Counted from the first letter of the stretch, positions 9,827 to 21,112 are shown. The stretch: DNA of 32,000 bases from Synechococcus elongatus PCC 6301 (GCF_000010065.1 NC_006576.1:390001-422000); one strand, 5' to 3'. Notes: generated by a model not told the origin, from the sequence alone. Translations and numbers: made by a program.

Positions 9827-9848
9827 GGGTCGGGCAAGCAACCGACCC
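9827..9848. terminator. Hairpin between convergent genes (possible weak bidirectional terminator)
   Basis: GGGTCGG (9827-9833) pairs with CCGACCC (9842-9848) around an 8-nt loop. It lies between the stops at 9815 (+) and 9905 (-). Only a poor T-tract follows. Confidence 0.3.
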
Positions 9849-9904
9849 TCCTCCGTTTGGACTAGCTGGAAGCTAACCTGAGTCCACAAAAGCAGAGCCG
9901 TCGG

Positions 9905-10456
9905 CTAACTAAAAATGGCCGCTTCTAGGGCGGTGATCGCGGTGTCTAGTTGGTCATTGATTACGCAGCGATCAAACTCTTTGGCCGCACCGATTTCCGT
10001 TTGAGCCTGTAAGAGGCGGCGAGCGATCGCGGCTTCATCTTCCGTGGCACGCTCCCGAATCCGTTGCTCCAGCTCCTCAACACTGGGTGGCAGCAACACC
10101 ACCTGCCGAGCTGAGGGGAGCGTTTTCCTGACTTGGCGAGCCCCTTCTAGCTCAATTTCGAGGATGACGGTGCGCCCCAGGTTGACCTGCTCAATCACCG
10201 GCGATCGCGGTGTGCCGTAGAGGTTGCCAGCAAATTCAGCCCACTCTAAAAATTCTTGTTCAGCAATTTTGGTCTGAAATTCCTCGCGACTGAGGAAGTA
10301 GTAATGCTGACCGTCGACTTCGCCCGGACGGGGCGATCGCGTGGTGGCGGAGATGGAAAGAAAGGCCTCGGGATGCTGAGACAAGATCGCTTTCAAGAGC
10401 GTGCCTTTGCCCACACCACTAGGTCCCGTTAACACCACCACACGACCAATACTCAT
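9905..10456 (-). CDS. gmk: Guanylate kinase
   Basis: P-loop [12 protein letters not shown], plus [19 protein letters not shown], typical of Gmk. Confidence 0.9.
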   Translation of the reverse strand: MSIGRVVVLTGPSGVGKGTLLKAILSQHPEAFLSISATTRSPRPGEVDGQHYYFLSREEFQTKIAEQEFLEWAEFAGNLYGTPRSPVIEQVNLGRTVILEIELEGARQVRKTLPSARQVVLLPPSVEELEQRIRERATEDEAAIARRLLQAQTEIGAAKEFDRCVINDQLDTAITALEAAIFS

Positions 10457-10624
10457 CGTCTTTGTTTCCTGCGTTGGGGTTCATCGTCGCCTAGAAGCGA
10501 TCGCGCTGGCAATGAGTCCTGCGTGAGGGCAGCACTCAGCCTCGACCCCAGCGAAGGTGCGTACAATCAGTGCTCAGGGCCATTGACTCTGGCCTATTTC
10601 ACGCTTGACAGGACGCAAACCGCT

Positions 10625-12085
10625 ATGACATTTCAGGCGATCGCCACGCACCCCCAAGACTGGACCGGCGATACCCTAGCCCTCGGGCTGACCACCGCTG
10701 CGATCGGTGAGACCCTCTCTTCCGAGCTACAGAAGCTCGATCAGCAGTGGAATGGCGTTTTGCAGGAGTTGATCAGCGATAGCGAGTTCAAAGCCAAGCT
10801 GGCTGAAACGACCACAACTCGGATTGGCGGCAGCATCCGCAAACTGATTCTGGTGGGTCTGGGCGAATCACCAACGACGGAGGACTATCGTCGGGCGGCA
10901 GCGGCTGTCGCGAAACAGGCTCGCAGCTTCAAGAGCCAAACCTTGGCGATCGCTTTTCCGCCCAGCGACGATCCTGCAGCAATCGCCAGCGCGATCGTGG
11001 AAGGGATTTCCCTAGCGCTCTACAAAGATCAACGCTTCAAATCAGAGCCAGATACAGCAAGCGGCCCCAGCAGCATCGAACTCTTGGGACTGGCAGGGCA
11101 AGAAGCCGCGATCGCTCGGGCAGAGCAGGTGGTTGCAGGCGTTGAGCTAGCGCGGCAATTAGTAGCGGCTCCTGCCAACGTCGTCACGCCTGTGACCATG
11201 GCCGACACTGCTCAGGAATTGGCAGCTGAACTGGGTCTAGAGCTGGAAATTCTCGAGGCTGATGAGTGTGAAAAGCGGGGCATGGGTGCTGTCCTCGGAG
11301 TTGCCAAAGCCTCAGATTTACCGCCGAAGTTCATCCACCTCACCTATCGTCCAGAAAGCACCCCACGCCGGAAACTGGCGATCGTCGGCAAAGGCCTGAC
11401 TTTTGACTCCGGCGGCTACAACATCAAAGGAGCTGGCAGCGGCATCGAAATGATGAAAACCGATATGGGGGGTGCTGCCGCTACCCTCGGTGCTGCTAAG
11501 GCGATCGGTTTGATCAAGCCCGATGTTGAGGTGCACTTCATCTCCCCCGTCACTGAGAACATGATCAGCGGTCGGGGCATGCACCCGGGCGATATTCTGA
11601 CCGCCTCGAATGGCAAGACGATCGAGGTCAACAATACGGACGCGGAAGGTCGTTTGACCTTGGCAGATGCCTTGGTCTTTGCCGATGGTTTGGGAGTGGA
11701 TGCGATCGTCGACCTCGCTACCCTAACGGGTGCTTGCATCATCGCCTTGGGAGATGACATCGCGGGCCTTTGGAGCCCCAGTGATGACCTCGCTGAACAA
11801 CTGCTGCAGGCCGGCAAAGCGGCGGGTGAAAAACTCTGGCGCCTGCCCCTTGAAGAGCCCTACCTCGATGGACTCAAATCACCGGTTGCCGACTACAAAA
11901 ATACGGGGCCGCGGGCGGGGGGCTCGATCACAGCAGCGCTATTCCTCAAACAGTTTGTCAAGCATCCGGTCTGGGCTCACCTCGATGTGGCTGGCCCTGT
12001 CTGGAGCGACAAGGAGAAACACTACAACCCCGCTGGGGCGACGGGTTACGGGGTGCGGACGCTAGTGAACTGGGTGCTGTCCTAG
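10625..12085 (+). CDS. pepA: Leucyl aminopeptidase (M17)
   Basis: The M17 signature [14 protein letters not shown] and [14 protein letters not shown] are present. The ATG at 10625 (MTFQAIA..) is preferred to the upstream alternative start. Confidence 0.9.
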   Translation: MTFQAIATHPQDWTGDTLALGLTTAAIGETLSSELQKLDQQWNGVLQELISDSEFKAKLAETTTTRIGGSIRKLILVGLGESPTTEDYRRAAAAVAKQARSFKSQTLAIAFPPSDDPAAIASAIVEGISLALYKDQRFKSEPDTASGPSSIELLGLAGQEAAIARAEQVVAGVELARQLVAAPANVVTPVTMADTAQELAAELGLELEILEADECEKRGMGAVLGVAKASDLPPKFIHLTYRPESTPRRKLAIVGKGLTFDSGGYNIKGAGSGIEMMKTDMGGAAATLGAAKAIGLIKPDVEVHFISPVTENMISGRGMHPGDILTASNGKTIEVNNTDAEGRLTLADALVFADGLGVDAIVDLATLTGACIIALGDDIAGLWSPSDDLAEQLLQAGKAAGEKLWRLPLEEPYLDGLKSPVADYKNTGPRAGGSITAALFLKQFVKHPVWAHLDVAGPVWSDKEKHYNPAGATGYGVRTLVNWVLS

Positions 12086-12175
12086 GTCACTTCCAGGGGG
12101 CGATCGCCCCTCACTGGCCCGTCGATCGCCCACTGATGATCAAGCTAGACTCTACTGCTGTCTGGAGCGATCGCG

Positions 12176-12760
12176 ATGAATTTTGCTGCCTTGATTTTGG
12201 CTGGAGGATCCAGCCGTCGGATGGGGCAGGATAAGGCGTTGTTACGGCTCAACGGTGAGCCACTCCTCATCCGTACGAGTCGGATCGCAGCAGCGGTCTG
12301 CGACTCGGTCTGGATTTGCAGCCCTGAGCCCGATCGCTATCAGTCACTACTCTCTCAGCCGGTGCAGTGGTTGACGGAACCCCAGCCGACTGGACCGCAG
12401 GGGCCACTCACGGCCTTGGCTTGGGCCCTGCCGCAGATCGATGCGGATTGGATCTTGCTCTTAGCGTGCGATCTACCGCGACTAGCGATCGCCCCACTAC
12501 AGGCTTGGCGACAGCAGGTTGAACTATTGCCTGAGGATTGTCGGGCTGCAATCGCCCGCACGGAACAGGGCTGGGAACCACTGATCGGCTTCTATCGACC
12601 TGCGATCGCGCCAACGATTGCACCTTGGTTGTCGCAGGGGCGTCGGGACTTTCAGGGCTGGCTAGCAACGGTTGCGGTGCAGGAGCTGCCGCTGAGCGAT
12701 CGCGATTGGTTGGTGAACTGCAACACCCCGACTGATTGGCAAGCGCTGCAGTTGTCCTAG
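12176..12760 (+). CDS. mobA: Molybdenum cofactor guanylyltransferase
   Basis: N-terminal ILAGGSSRRMGQDKALL is typical MobA, and the 194-aa size fits. Confidence 0.8.
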   Translation: MNFAALILAGGSSRRMGQDKALLRLNGEPLLIRTSRIAAAVCDSVWICSPEPDRYQSLLSQPVQWLTEPQPTGPQGPLTALAWALPQIDADWILLLACDLPRLAIAPLQAWRQQVELLPEDCRAAIARTEQGWEPLIGFYRPAIAPTIAPWLSQGRRDFQGWLATVAVQELPLSDRDWLVNCNTPTDWQALQLS

Positions 12761-12763
12761 GGC

Positions 12764-13156
12764 TCAGTCTTGAACGTAGTCTTGACCGCTGAGCAGACAG
12801 GCTTCTGCTCGCTGGAACTCACGCCCTAAATAGAGTGCGTGGTCGAGATAACTGAGCGGACAGGGCTGAGTGTCTTCGGTAATCAACTTGCCGAGTTCCT
12901 TAGCGGTGCGGCCGCGAAATGTTGCCGTGGGTACCCGCTTGAGATTGCCTTTACAAGCCAGCACTTCCCCGGTTTCTGGATCGGTGGCGAGGCCTTTGTC
13001 GTTGATCGCATTGCTGTAGTGATCAGCGCAGATCAATCCAGCTTCGCGATCGAGATAAATCACGAAATAACCTTCTGGATCCAGCTTGATGAAGCGATTG
13101 GAAAGTTGATGATCTAGTGCTTTTAGGGCCTGGCGATCGGGGTGGGAGAGGAGCAT
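12764..13156 (-). CDS. DUF4346-like protein (domain otherwise seen attached to pterin-binding / MtrA-like proteins)
   Basis: 130-aa ORF with KLDPEGYFVIYLDRE...ICADHY, recognised as DUF4346-like from memory. Its stop lies only 3 nt from the mobA stop on the other strand. Confidence 0.5.
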   Translation of the reverse strand: MLLSHPDRQALKALDHQLSNRFIKLDPEGYFVIYLDREAGLICADHYSNAINDKGLATDPETGEVLACKGNLKRVPTATFRGRTAKELGKLITEDTQPCPLSYLDHALYLGREFQRAEACLLSGQDYVQD

Positions 13157-13273
13157 GGAACGAAACCGTTTTTAGCAATTTTAGCGAGAACGGTCGTTTG
13201 TCTTAAAGTTCGCTGAAAGAGAGTCACGATCGCTTGATGATCCCAGCCCTCTGCAAGGCGATTGCTCCCAACG

Positions 13274-14449
13274 CTAATTCAGCGGAACTTCAGGACGGCT
13301 AAAGGGAAGTTCCGCATTAATGGCTTCAATTTCTTGGCTTTCCAGTTCATTGACCTGCCGTAGCCAAGTGCCCAGAATTTGGCCAAAGCGGGGTTGATAC
13401 CAGCGGTGTAAGCTCCAGTTCGGTGTTGCCGGAAAGCCACGCCGTTTTTTATGACTCCCGCCTGCCCCCGGATCAAAGCTTTGGATCCCGTTGGCGATCG
13501 CCCATTCAATCGGTTTGTAATAACAAACGTTGAAGTGAAGGTTGTCAATTTCGTGATCGCAGCCCCAGTAACGACCGTAGAGGCGATCACCTTTGTGCAC
13601 ACAGAAGGACATGGCGATCGGGCGATCGCTACCTTCAGGAGTTGCCGCCACAAACAGCGGGCGATGCCGTGAATGGTGCATGGCGCGATCGAAGAAATCT
13701 CGCGTCAGATACTTGCTACCCCACCAGCCGAACTTATCGCAGTGGTCGCTGTAGAAGCGATACATCAGCGGAAAGTAATCGCGGGGAATTTGGTCGCCAC
13801 TCAGACAGGTGAGGGTCAGTCCGGCCCGTTCCATCGACTTGACCTCGCGTTTAATGTTGCGCCGTTGATTGGCGTTGAACATGCCGAGATAATCATCAAA
13901 CGTCCGAAAGCCGCGGTTCTGCCAGACCGAATTGTGATGCTGCCAAGCGCTGTAGCCTGCGGCCTCCACCAGTGGCTGCCAGTCGGGATCGACGTAGAGA
14001 AAATTGCAGCTGAGGATCTGGTTGTTGTCGCAAAAGCGATCGATCTCCCGCAGCATCAGTCCCGTCAGGGTCGCTTCATCTTCCGCTGGTGCAATCAGAA
14101 AGCGATAACCGACTGCGGGTGTCAGCGGCGTCATGCCCAGCAGTTTGGGGTAATAGCGCAGTCCTAACCGACCGGCGAGATCCGCCCATTGCTGATCAAA
14201 GACAAATTCACCGTAGCTATGGCCTTTGAGGTAAAGCGGTGCAGCAGCCACTAAGCGATCGCCGCGCCAAACGACCAGATGACAGGGCTGCCAACCGGCT
14301 TTGGCGATGACACTGCCTGAGGCTTCTAAATCGTGCAACCAGTCCCATTCCAAAAACGGTGTGGCCAAGGGCTGGGCGATCGCATTCCAATCCTCACGGG
14401 GTAGATCCCCGAGACGATCGCACCATTGGAATTTGAGCGGCTCAGTCAC
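13274..14449 (-). CDS. FemAB-like / DUF482 GNAT-fold acyltransferase family protein
   Basis: 391-aa ORF. The N-terminus ...DWNAIAQPLATPFLEWDWLHDLEASGS and the length are typical of PF04339-type proteins. Confidence 0.6.
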   Translation of the reverse strand: MTEPLKFQWCDRLGDLPREDWNAIAQPLATPFLEWDWLHDLEASGSVIAKAGWQPCHLVVWRGDRLVAAAPLYLKGHSYGEFVFDQQWADLAGRLGLRYYPKLLGMTPLTPAVGYRFLIAPAEDEATLTGLMLREIDRFCDNNQILSCNFLYVDPDWQPLVEAAGYSAWQHHNSVWQNRGFRTFDDYLGMFNANQRRNIKREVKSMERAGLTLTCLSGDQIPRDYFPLMYRFYSDHCDKFGWWGSKYLTRDFFDRAMHHSRHRPLFVAATPEGSDRPIAMSFCVHKGDRLYGRYWGCDHEIDNLHFNVCYYKPIEWAIANGIQSFDPGAGGSHKKRRGFPATPNWSLHRWYQPRFGQILGTWLRQVNELESQEIEAINAELPFSRPEVPLN

Positions 14450-14455
14450 GATGGG

Positions 14456-15154
14456 CTAGGAGGCTGACGTTAACGCCTTTGAGCCTATCGCGTCTGACTC
14501 AGTACAGCGGTAATGCAAGAACAGCTCATCGGCCACTGGCTCAGCACTGAGGAGCTGCCAGCGTGGGGCATCAGCTGCAGAGAAATGAAGTCCGGCAACA
14601 AGTGGTGAGGCTGGGCAATCGCCCAAGAGTAACGGGCAGAGGGTCAGATACAGCTCGTCGATTCGGTCTGCCGCCAGCAGACTACCGAGCAATTGACCGC
14701 CACCGAGCACTGCAATTTGTTGCCAGCTCAGATCGAATTGTGCAAAAGCCTGCTCCCAGTCCAGTTGCGTCTGACCGGCGATCAGAACCGCTTCGAAGCC
14801 AGACTCTTGTCGCCAGCGATCGCGGCCCTGTTCTGTGGTCAATAACCAGCGCGGCACCGGCTGCTGAAAAAAGCGGCAGGCTGGCTCGATCTGCCCCGAA
14901 GCCGAGCAAATGATCTGCACAGGTTGCGGTGATTGACCGCGATCGCGACGTTGTTGTTGCAACTGCGGATTCGTGACCGAGCGGCAAGTGCCATAGGCTC
15001 TCAGCGTGGCCGCGCCCATCAGTACAGCATCCGATTGCGCCACGATCGTTTCTAAGCGCCGTTGATCTTGTGCTGAACCAAAGCGGGCTGGAACAGCCGC
15101 CGCTTCCGCAATCCGGCCATCCAAACTGGTGGCGAGTACCGCAACAACCCGCAT
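14456..15154 (-). CDS. Stand-alone RibD C-terminal-domain reductase (DHFR-like fold)
   Basis: MRVVAVLATSLDGRIA...AVLMGAATLRAY... is typical of the RibD_C / 5-amino-6-(5-phosphoribosylamino)uracil reductase domain. No deaminase domain is present. Confidence 0.65.
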   Translation of the reverse strand: MRVVAVLATSLDGRIAEAAAVPARFGSAQDQRRLETIVAQSDAVLMGAATLRAYGTCRSVTNPQLQQQRRDRGQSPQPVQIICSASGQIEPACRFFQQPVPRWLLTTEQGRDRWRQESGFEAVLIAGQTQLDWEQAFAQFDLSWQQIAVLGGGQLLGSLLAADRIDELYLTLCPLLLGDCPASPLVAGLHFSAADAPRWQLLSAEPVADELFLHYRCTESDAIGSKALTSAS

Positions 15155-15157
15155 AAC

Positions 15158-15436
15158 CTACTCACGATCGCGAGGCGCCAGTTGATTGCCCGCCGAAGGA
15201 TAGTGACGATTGGGCAGCAAGCCCCAAGCTGCTGCATCTGCCGCCCAATTGCGCAGGGGGCGTGACTGACAAAAGATCTGAGCAAAGCGGTGGTTGTAGT
15301 GCTGCTTCCAAGCCGTCGGCCAGTCGGCAGTCTGATCCTGTTGTTGCAGCGATCGCACTGCCGCTTCCAACTCCGCCGCTTTCGCCAAAAATACCGCTTC
15401 TAAGTCTTGGAAATGCTCCGCCGGCGATCGCATCAA
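15158..15436 (-). CDS. Hypothetical small protein (92 aa)
   Basis: The ORF ends 3 nt before the reductase start, a spacing that suggests translational coupling. No family recognised. Confidence 0.4.
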   Translation of the reverse strand: MMRSPAEHFQDLEAVFLAKAAELEAAVRSLQQQDQTADWPTAWKQHYNHRFAQIFCQSRPLRNWAADAAAWGLLPNRHYPSAGNQLAPRDRE

Positions 15437-15544
15437 ATCCTCACTTCAACCCATCTTTTGAATTTGCTCAACCCGCGCGATCGCTCCGACAAGTCAACTA
15501 ATTGTGATGTGTGACTCCTACCAATCAAATCCCACCGACCATCC

Positions 15545-15617
15545 TGTTGCGGGGGGGCTGGGGGAGTCGAGGCCCCCAGTGCGTGGGTGTGGGGGTGCGC
15601 AATCACCCCCACGGACA
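15545..15617 (+). repeat. Copy B of the GC-rich structured dispersed repeat (core; flanking similarity about 15525-15655)
   Basis: Near-identical to 6102-6170. It has two perfect hairpins: 15558-15579 (7 bp) and 15589-15612 (8 bp). Confidence 0.8.
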
Positions 15618-15664
15618 ATGGCTTTAGTCGTCAGCCCAGCCAAACCACCCGGATTCAGCCATGC

Positions 15665-16528
15665 TTAGAGCAAAACGGGTACTGCAGCAGCAGCGTTAGT
15701 CAAACCACTGGGTTGTAGACAGTAAACTTCTGCTGAATTGTTGGGACTCTCGATCAGCTTGACCTTATAGAGGCGAGCGCCCAGTTCGCGGATCGGCTCT
15801 GCCAGCAAGTCACGGATGTGAACAGCGATATTCTCAGCCGTCGGCACCACTTCTGCGAAGTAAGGAATGTCCTTGTTGAGGAAGCTGTGATCGAACGGTT
15901 CGACCACTTTGTCTTGCACCACCTGTTGCAGCGCCGCGAGGTCAGCCAGCATGCCGGTGCGGGGATCAATCTCACCTGCCACCGTTACTTCGAGGTGATA
16001 GTTATGGCCGTGACCATGGGGACGGGCACATTTGCCGTAGATTTCGCAGTTTTCTTCAAAGCTGAGGCTCTCTTTCGCCAAACGGTGAGCAGCACTGAAG
16101 TGAGTCTGAATCGTTAGGTAGGCTTCCATGGCTTGTCCTAGATAGTCGGCCCAAAGGCTGGGGCTTTCAAACAGTTGAATCCGCACGATCGGCAGATGTG
16201 GCGCAAGCCGCTGCCAGATAACCCGCGCCAGATTTTCGGTGGTGGGCAAACCCTGCTGAAACTCTGGCCAGACGTCATTGAGGTAGGCGTAGTCAAGCTG
16301 ACTCGTCACCTCGGATTTGATCACCCGCTTGACGTCCGAGAGGTTGAGCACCATGCCGTACTCATCCAGCTCGCCCAACATCGAAACGTAGAGCACATAG
16401 TTGTGGCCGTGGCCGGGAAAGCGGGCGCAGGCGCCAAACAGTTTTTGGTTCTCGGCGTCACTCAGTTCTGGCAACCAGTAACGGTGACTGGCGGAAAACA
16501 GTGCCCGACGGTTGATGATGCACTCCAT
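15665..16528 (-). CDS. Tandem-domain 6-pyruvoyl-tetrahydropterin / 6-carboxytetrahydropterin synthase (PTPS/QueD family)
   Basis: There are two PTPS-like halves. Each has SA(S/A)HR and C-x5-HGH-NY motifs (CARFPGHGHNY and CARPHGHGHNY). The ATG at 16528 (MECIINRRALFSASHRYW) is preferred over 16567. Confidence 0.8.
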   Translation of the reverse strand: MECIINRRALFSASHRYWLPELSDAENQKLFGACARFPGHGHNYVLYVSMLGELDEYGMVLNLSDVKRVIKSEVTSQLDYAYLNDVWPEFQQGLPTTENLARVIWQRLAPHLPIVRIQLFESPSLWADYLGQAMEAYLTIQTHFSAAHRLAKESLSFEENCEIYGKCARPHGHGHNYHLEVTVAGEIDPRTGMLADLAALQQVVQDKVVEPFDHSFLNKDIPYFAEVVPTAENIAVHIRDLLAEPIRELGARLYKVKLIESPNNSAEVYCLQPSGLTNAAAAVPVLL

Positions 16529-16591
16529 AGCGTGGCGATCGCGATCCCGTGATTGGCTGTCTCTCATAGGATAGTGGGTTTGCTCAAACGC

Positions 16592-17338
16592 CTAGGGTTG
16601 AGCCGGTAGGCTCTCCGTCGCAGGGCGGGGATTGAGCTGCAGAGGTTGGGGCGTTGCAGCAGCCATCAAAGCGCGATCGCTCCGGCGGTCTAGAAGGCCC
16701 AAGGCTAGCTCCCGCACACTGTCTTCCGTTTCTTGGCGCAGTAGCAGCAGCAGGGCATCCTGCAAGAGTCGTTGTTCTCCAGGTTCCAATAACTGCTGGT
16801 TTTGCAGGCGTTGCAGCGATCGCACGGCCAAAAGGCGTTGCAGAGGATCCGCTGCGGTCAAAGTCGCCAGCGCTTGATCAAAAATCCCTTCGCGATCGCG
16901 CTGCTGTTGCTGACTGACAAAGCTGACTAGGAGGGCTGCTAAAGCAAGCAACCCCATGGTTTCCGCAAAGTTGCTAAAGGCCAGCCAAGGTCGTCCTTCC
17001 TCGGTCCAGATACTGCTGCTGGTGTAGAGGGCCAAGCTGACGAGGCCGCCGCCACCGGCTGCTAAAAGCCAACGGCGATCGCGACCGCGCAACCAACGCT
17101 GCACTTGCTGCTGACGGCGCGACCAATCCAAGCGCTGCAGACGATAGAGCCATAGGGTCGCCCCAGCACCGAGGGTTAACGATAACGACAGTTGCCAGTC
17201 CCAGAGGAAGAGCAACAGTAGGCCACCACCGTAGAGTGCTGTTTTCGGAACCGGAAACCGGCGATCGCCCCACGATAAAGGCAGCCGACGAACAGAATGC
17301 GGAAGAGGTCGGGAGCGAACAGGCACAGCAGTCACCAA
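16592..17338 (-). CDS. Hypothetical membrane protein with a helical-repeat C-terminal region
   Basis: 248-aa ORF with a TTG start. It has about 4 hydrophobic segments followed by Leu/Gln-rich helices. No family recognised. Confidence 0.4.
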   Translation of the reverse strand: MVTAVPVRSRPLPHSVRRLPLSWGDRRFPVPKTALYGGGLLLLFLWDWQLSLSLTLGAGATLWLYRLQRLDWSRRQQQVQRWLRGRDRRWLLAAGGGGLVSLALYTSSSIWTEEGRPWLAFSNFAETMGLLALAALLVSFVSQQQQRDREGIFDQALATLTAADPLQRLLAVRSLQRLQNQQLLEPGEQRLLQDALLLLLRQETEDSVRELALGLLDRRSDRALMAAATPQPLQLNPRPATESLPAQP

Positions 17339-17492
17339 GCATCGCCAGCGCTTCAGGCCCTATTCTACCGATGCCCCTACCGCCCGCCGCAAGTTTCCAA
17401 AAGTTGTGCCCGCCCCCACCACCAAAGTGCGATCGCTTAGGTCGCAGTCAGAGGCTGTAGGAACGGGCAATCGACGAGTTCAGGAACGCGAT

Positions 17493-18011
17493 TTAGTAGG
17501 CGTCTTGCAGCTCGTAAAAATCGGGTGAGATATAGTCCTTGCGCAGCGGCCAACCCACCCAATCTTCCGGCATCAGAATCCGCTTGAGGTTGGGGTGTCC
17601 CTCAAATTGGATGCCGTACATATCGAAGGTTTCACGCTCTTGCCAATCGGCACCTTTCCAAATCCAGAAGACCGGCGGTACTTTCGGATCGTGACGCGGC
17701 AAGAAGACCTTGACCCGCACTTCCTGCGGTTGGCTGGCGTCATCGCTGACTTTGGTCAGGTGATAGAAGCTCACCAGATCCTGCCCTGGCCCTAAATCGT
17801 AGCCGCCTTGGCACTGCAGGTAGTTAAACCCGTAGGCAAACAGGGCAGCAGCGATCGGCAGCAACACTTCGCGGTCGACTTGAACGATCTCAACCCCGAG
17901 GTGGTCGCGCTCTAGGGCAGTATTTTCGAAGCCGTTCTCACTCAACCAGCGAGAGACCGGCCCGGCTTCAACCACGGCCGTTTCGGGCGTTGGCGTCAAC
18001 TCTTCAGGCAC
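17493..18011 (-). CDS. ndhJ: NAD(P)H-quinone oxidoreductase subunit J
   Basis: Typical NdhJ / 30-kDa subunit sequence (..[27 protein letters not shown]..). It overlaps the end of ndhK by 8 nt. Confidence 0.9.
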   Translation of the reverse strand: MPEELTPTPETAVVEAGPVSRWLSENGFENTALERDHLGVEIVQVDREVLLPIAAALFAYGFNYLQCQGGYDLGPGQDLVSFYHLTKVSDDASQPQEVRVKVFLPRHDPKVPPVFWIWKGADWQERETFDMYGIQFEGHPNLKRILMPEDWVGWPLRKDYISPDFYELQDAY

Positions 18012-18732
18012 GATCGCGACCCTCCTTCTCAGTCACCGGCAGTTGCGGAGCGACGGCAGCACCGGCAGCAGCGGGCAAGGGACCGGCTTGACGAGCCGCA
18101 GAACGCAGATATTCACCCGTCAGCAGCGGAGCCGTGGGCTTCATCTGGTGGGTCGTGCTGTAGTAACGGTTGGTTTGCAGCAGTTTGCCCCGCTCTTGAA
18201 TCGAGTCGTTCGCAACCTTTTTACGCAGCTTTACGATCGCATCAATGATCGCTTCGGGACGGGGCGGGCAACCGGGAATGTAGACATCCACAGGCAGCAG
18301 TTTATCGACACCGCGCACCGTGGTGGTGGAGTCAGCGCTGAACATCCCACCGGTGATCGTGCAGGCGCCCATGGCGATCACATATTTGGGCTCAGGCATT
18401 TGCTCATAGAGCCGCACTAGAGCTGGGGCCATTTTCATGGTCACCGTACCGGCTGTGATCAACAAATCTGCCTGCCGAGGGCTACAACGAGGCACCAAGC
18501 CAAAGCGGTCAAAGTCGAAACGGGAGCCAATCAACGCTGCAAATTCAATAAAGCAGCAGGCCGTGCCGTACATTAGCGGCCAGAGGCTGGACAACCGTGC
18601 CCAGTTATAAAGGTCATCTAAGGTGGTCAGAATGACGTTCTCTGATAGACCTTGGGTGATTTCGGGAGGGGCTGCCGGATTGCGAATCTCGGCGGGGTTC
18701 GTCAGGACCATTCCAATGCTCCTTTGCGCCAT
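18004..18732 (-). CDS. ndhK: NAD(P)H-quinone oxidoreductase subunit K
   Basis: Has the NdhK/PSST motifs ([36 protein letters not shown]). The start could instead be the ATG at 18711. Confidence 0.9.
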   Translation of the reverse strand: MAQRSIGMVLTNPAEIRNPAAPPEITQGLSENVILTTLDDLYNWARLSSLWPLMYGTACCFIEFAALIGSRFDFDRFGLVPRCSPRQADLLITAGTVTMKMAPALVRLYEQMPEPKYVIAMGACTITGGMFSADSTTTVRGVDKLLPVDVYIPGCPPRPEAIIDAIVKLRKKVANDSIQERGKLLQTNRYYSTTHQMKPTAPLLTGEYLRSAARQAGPLPAAAGAAVAPQLPVTEKEGRDRA

Positions 18733-19064
18733 GCATAGGCTAGACCAACAACGAGGATCGTGATGAAGATCAACGCCTCGACAAAAGCCAGTAACCCCAG
18801 CCGATTAAAGGCGACGGCCCAGGGATAGAGGAAGACGGTTTCTACATCAAAGATCACGAATACGAGCGCAAACATGTAGTAGCGCACGTTGAATTGGATC
18901 CAAGCTCCCCCGATCGGTTCCATCCCCGATTCGTAGGTCGTCCGCCGCTCCGGTCCTCGACGACCAGGTCGCAGCAAGCGCGAGGCGGTCAGCGAAAGGA
19001 TGGGGACCAGTGAGCTGATGAGCAGAAAGCCAAGTAGATATTCGTAGCCATTGAGGACAAACAC
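18702..19064 (-). CDS. ndhC: NAD(P)H-quinone oxidoreductase subunit 3
   Basis: The GTG at 19064 gives the canonical (M)[14 protein letters not shown]... 120-aa NdhC. The ORF track's longer version adds a 13-aa extension with no homology. Confidence 0.85.
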   Translation of the reverse strand: MFVLNGYEYLLGFLLISSLVPILSLTASRLLRPGRRGPERRTTYESGMEPIGGAWIQFNVRYYMFALVFVIFDVETVFLYPWAVAFNRLGLLAFVEALIFITILVVGLAYAWRKGALEWS

Positions 19065-19276
19065 GCCAAACTCCAGGCTGCAGTCGCTATTCCATTTTGC
19101 CATCGCCGCATGAACGGCTCGGCAGAAATGCCTAATCTACTGTAGCGATCGCTGTCCCTTGACTCGCAGTCAGAAGGATTGCGATCGCTTATGTTCTACC
19201 TCGGTTTCAGCGAAGGGGCTTCCGGCGATTGGCTTATGATCGCCTTTAGTTCTGCGCGATCGCTTGCCAAGATCCT

Positions 19277-20775
<1,499 letters not shown>

Positions 20776-20839
20776 GGCATAAATTTGGGCGTGCTCCGAT
20801 AAGATAAGTGTTGTCCGAAATCCCCTGAGGAGCACGTCT

Positions 20840-21091
20840 ATGGCAGGCGGATCTACCGGCGAGCGTCCGTTTACCGACATCATTACCAGCATCCGCTACT
20901 GGGTGATTCACAGCATCACGATTCCAGCGCTATTCATCGCTGGTTGGCTGTTTGTCAGCACTGGCCTTGCCTATGATGCCTTCGGTACGCCGCGCCCGAA
21001 CGAGTATTTCACCCAAGATCGGACGGAAGTACCGATCGTGTCTGATCGCTATAGTGCGAAACAGCAAGTGGACCGTTTCTCGGCTAAGTAG
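20840..21091 (+). CDS. psbE: Cytochrome b559 alpha subunit
   Basis: [31 protein letters not shown] is canonical PsbE. A GAGGAG Shine-Dalgarno sequence lies 7 nt upstream. Confidence 0.95.
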   Translation: MAGGSTGERPFTDIITSIRYWVIHSITIPALFIAGWLFVSTGLAYDAFGTPRPNEYFTQDRTEVPIVSDRYSAKQQVDRFSAK

Positions 21092-21112
21092 TTTTTTAGG
21101 TTGGCCTGAATC

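Noticed and set aside
19141-19156. GTA-N8-TGT resembling an NtcA site in the ndhC/rubA spacer
   Set aside because: The spacer is simply a HIP1 octamer and the 3' half-site is TGT, not TAC. It is most likely coincidental.
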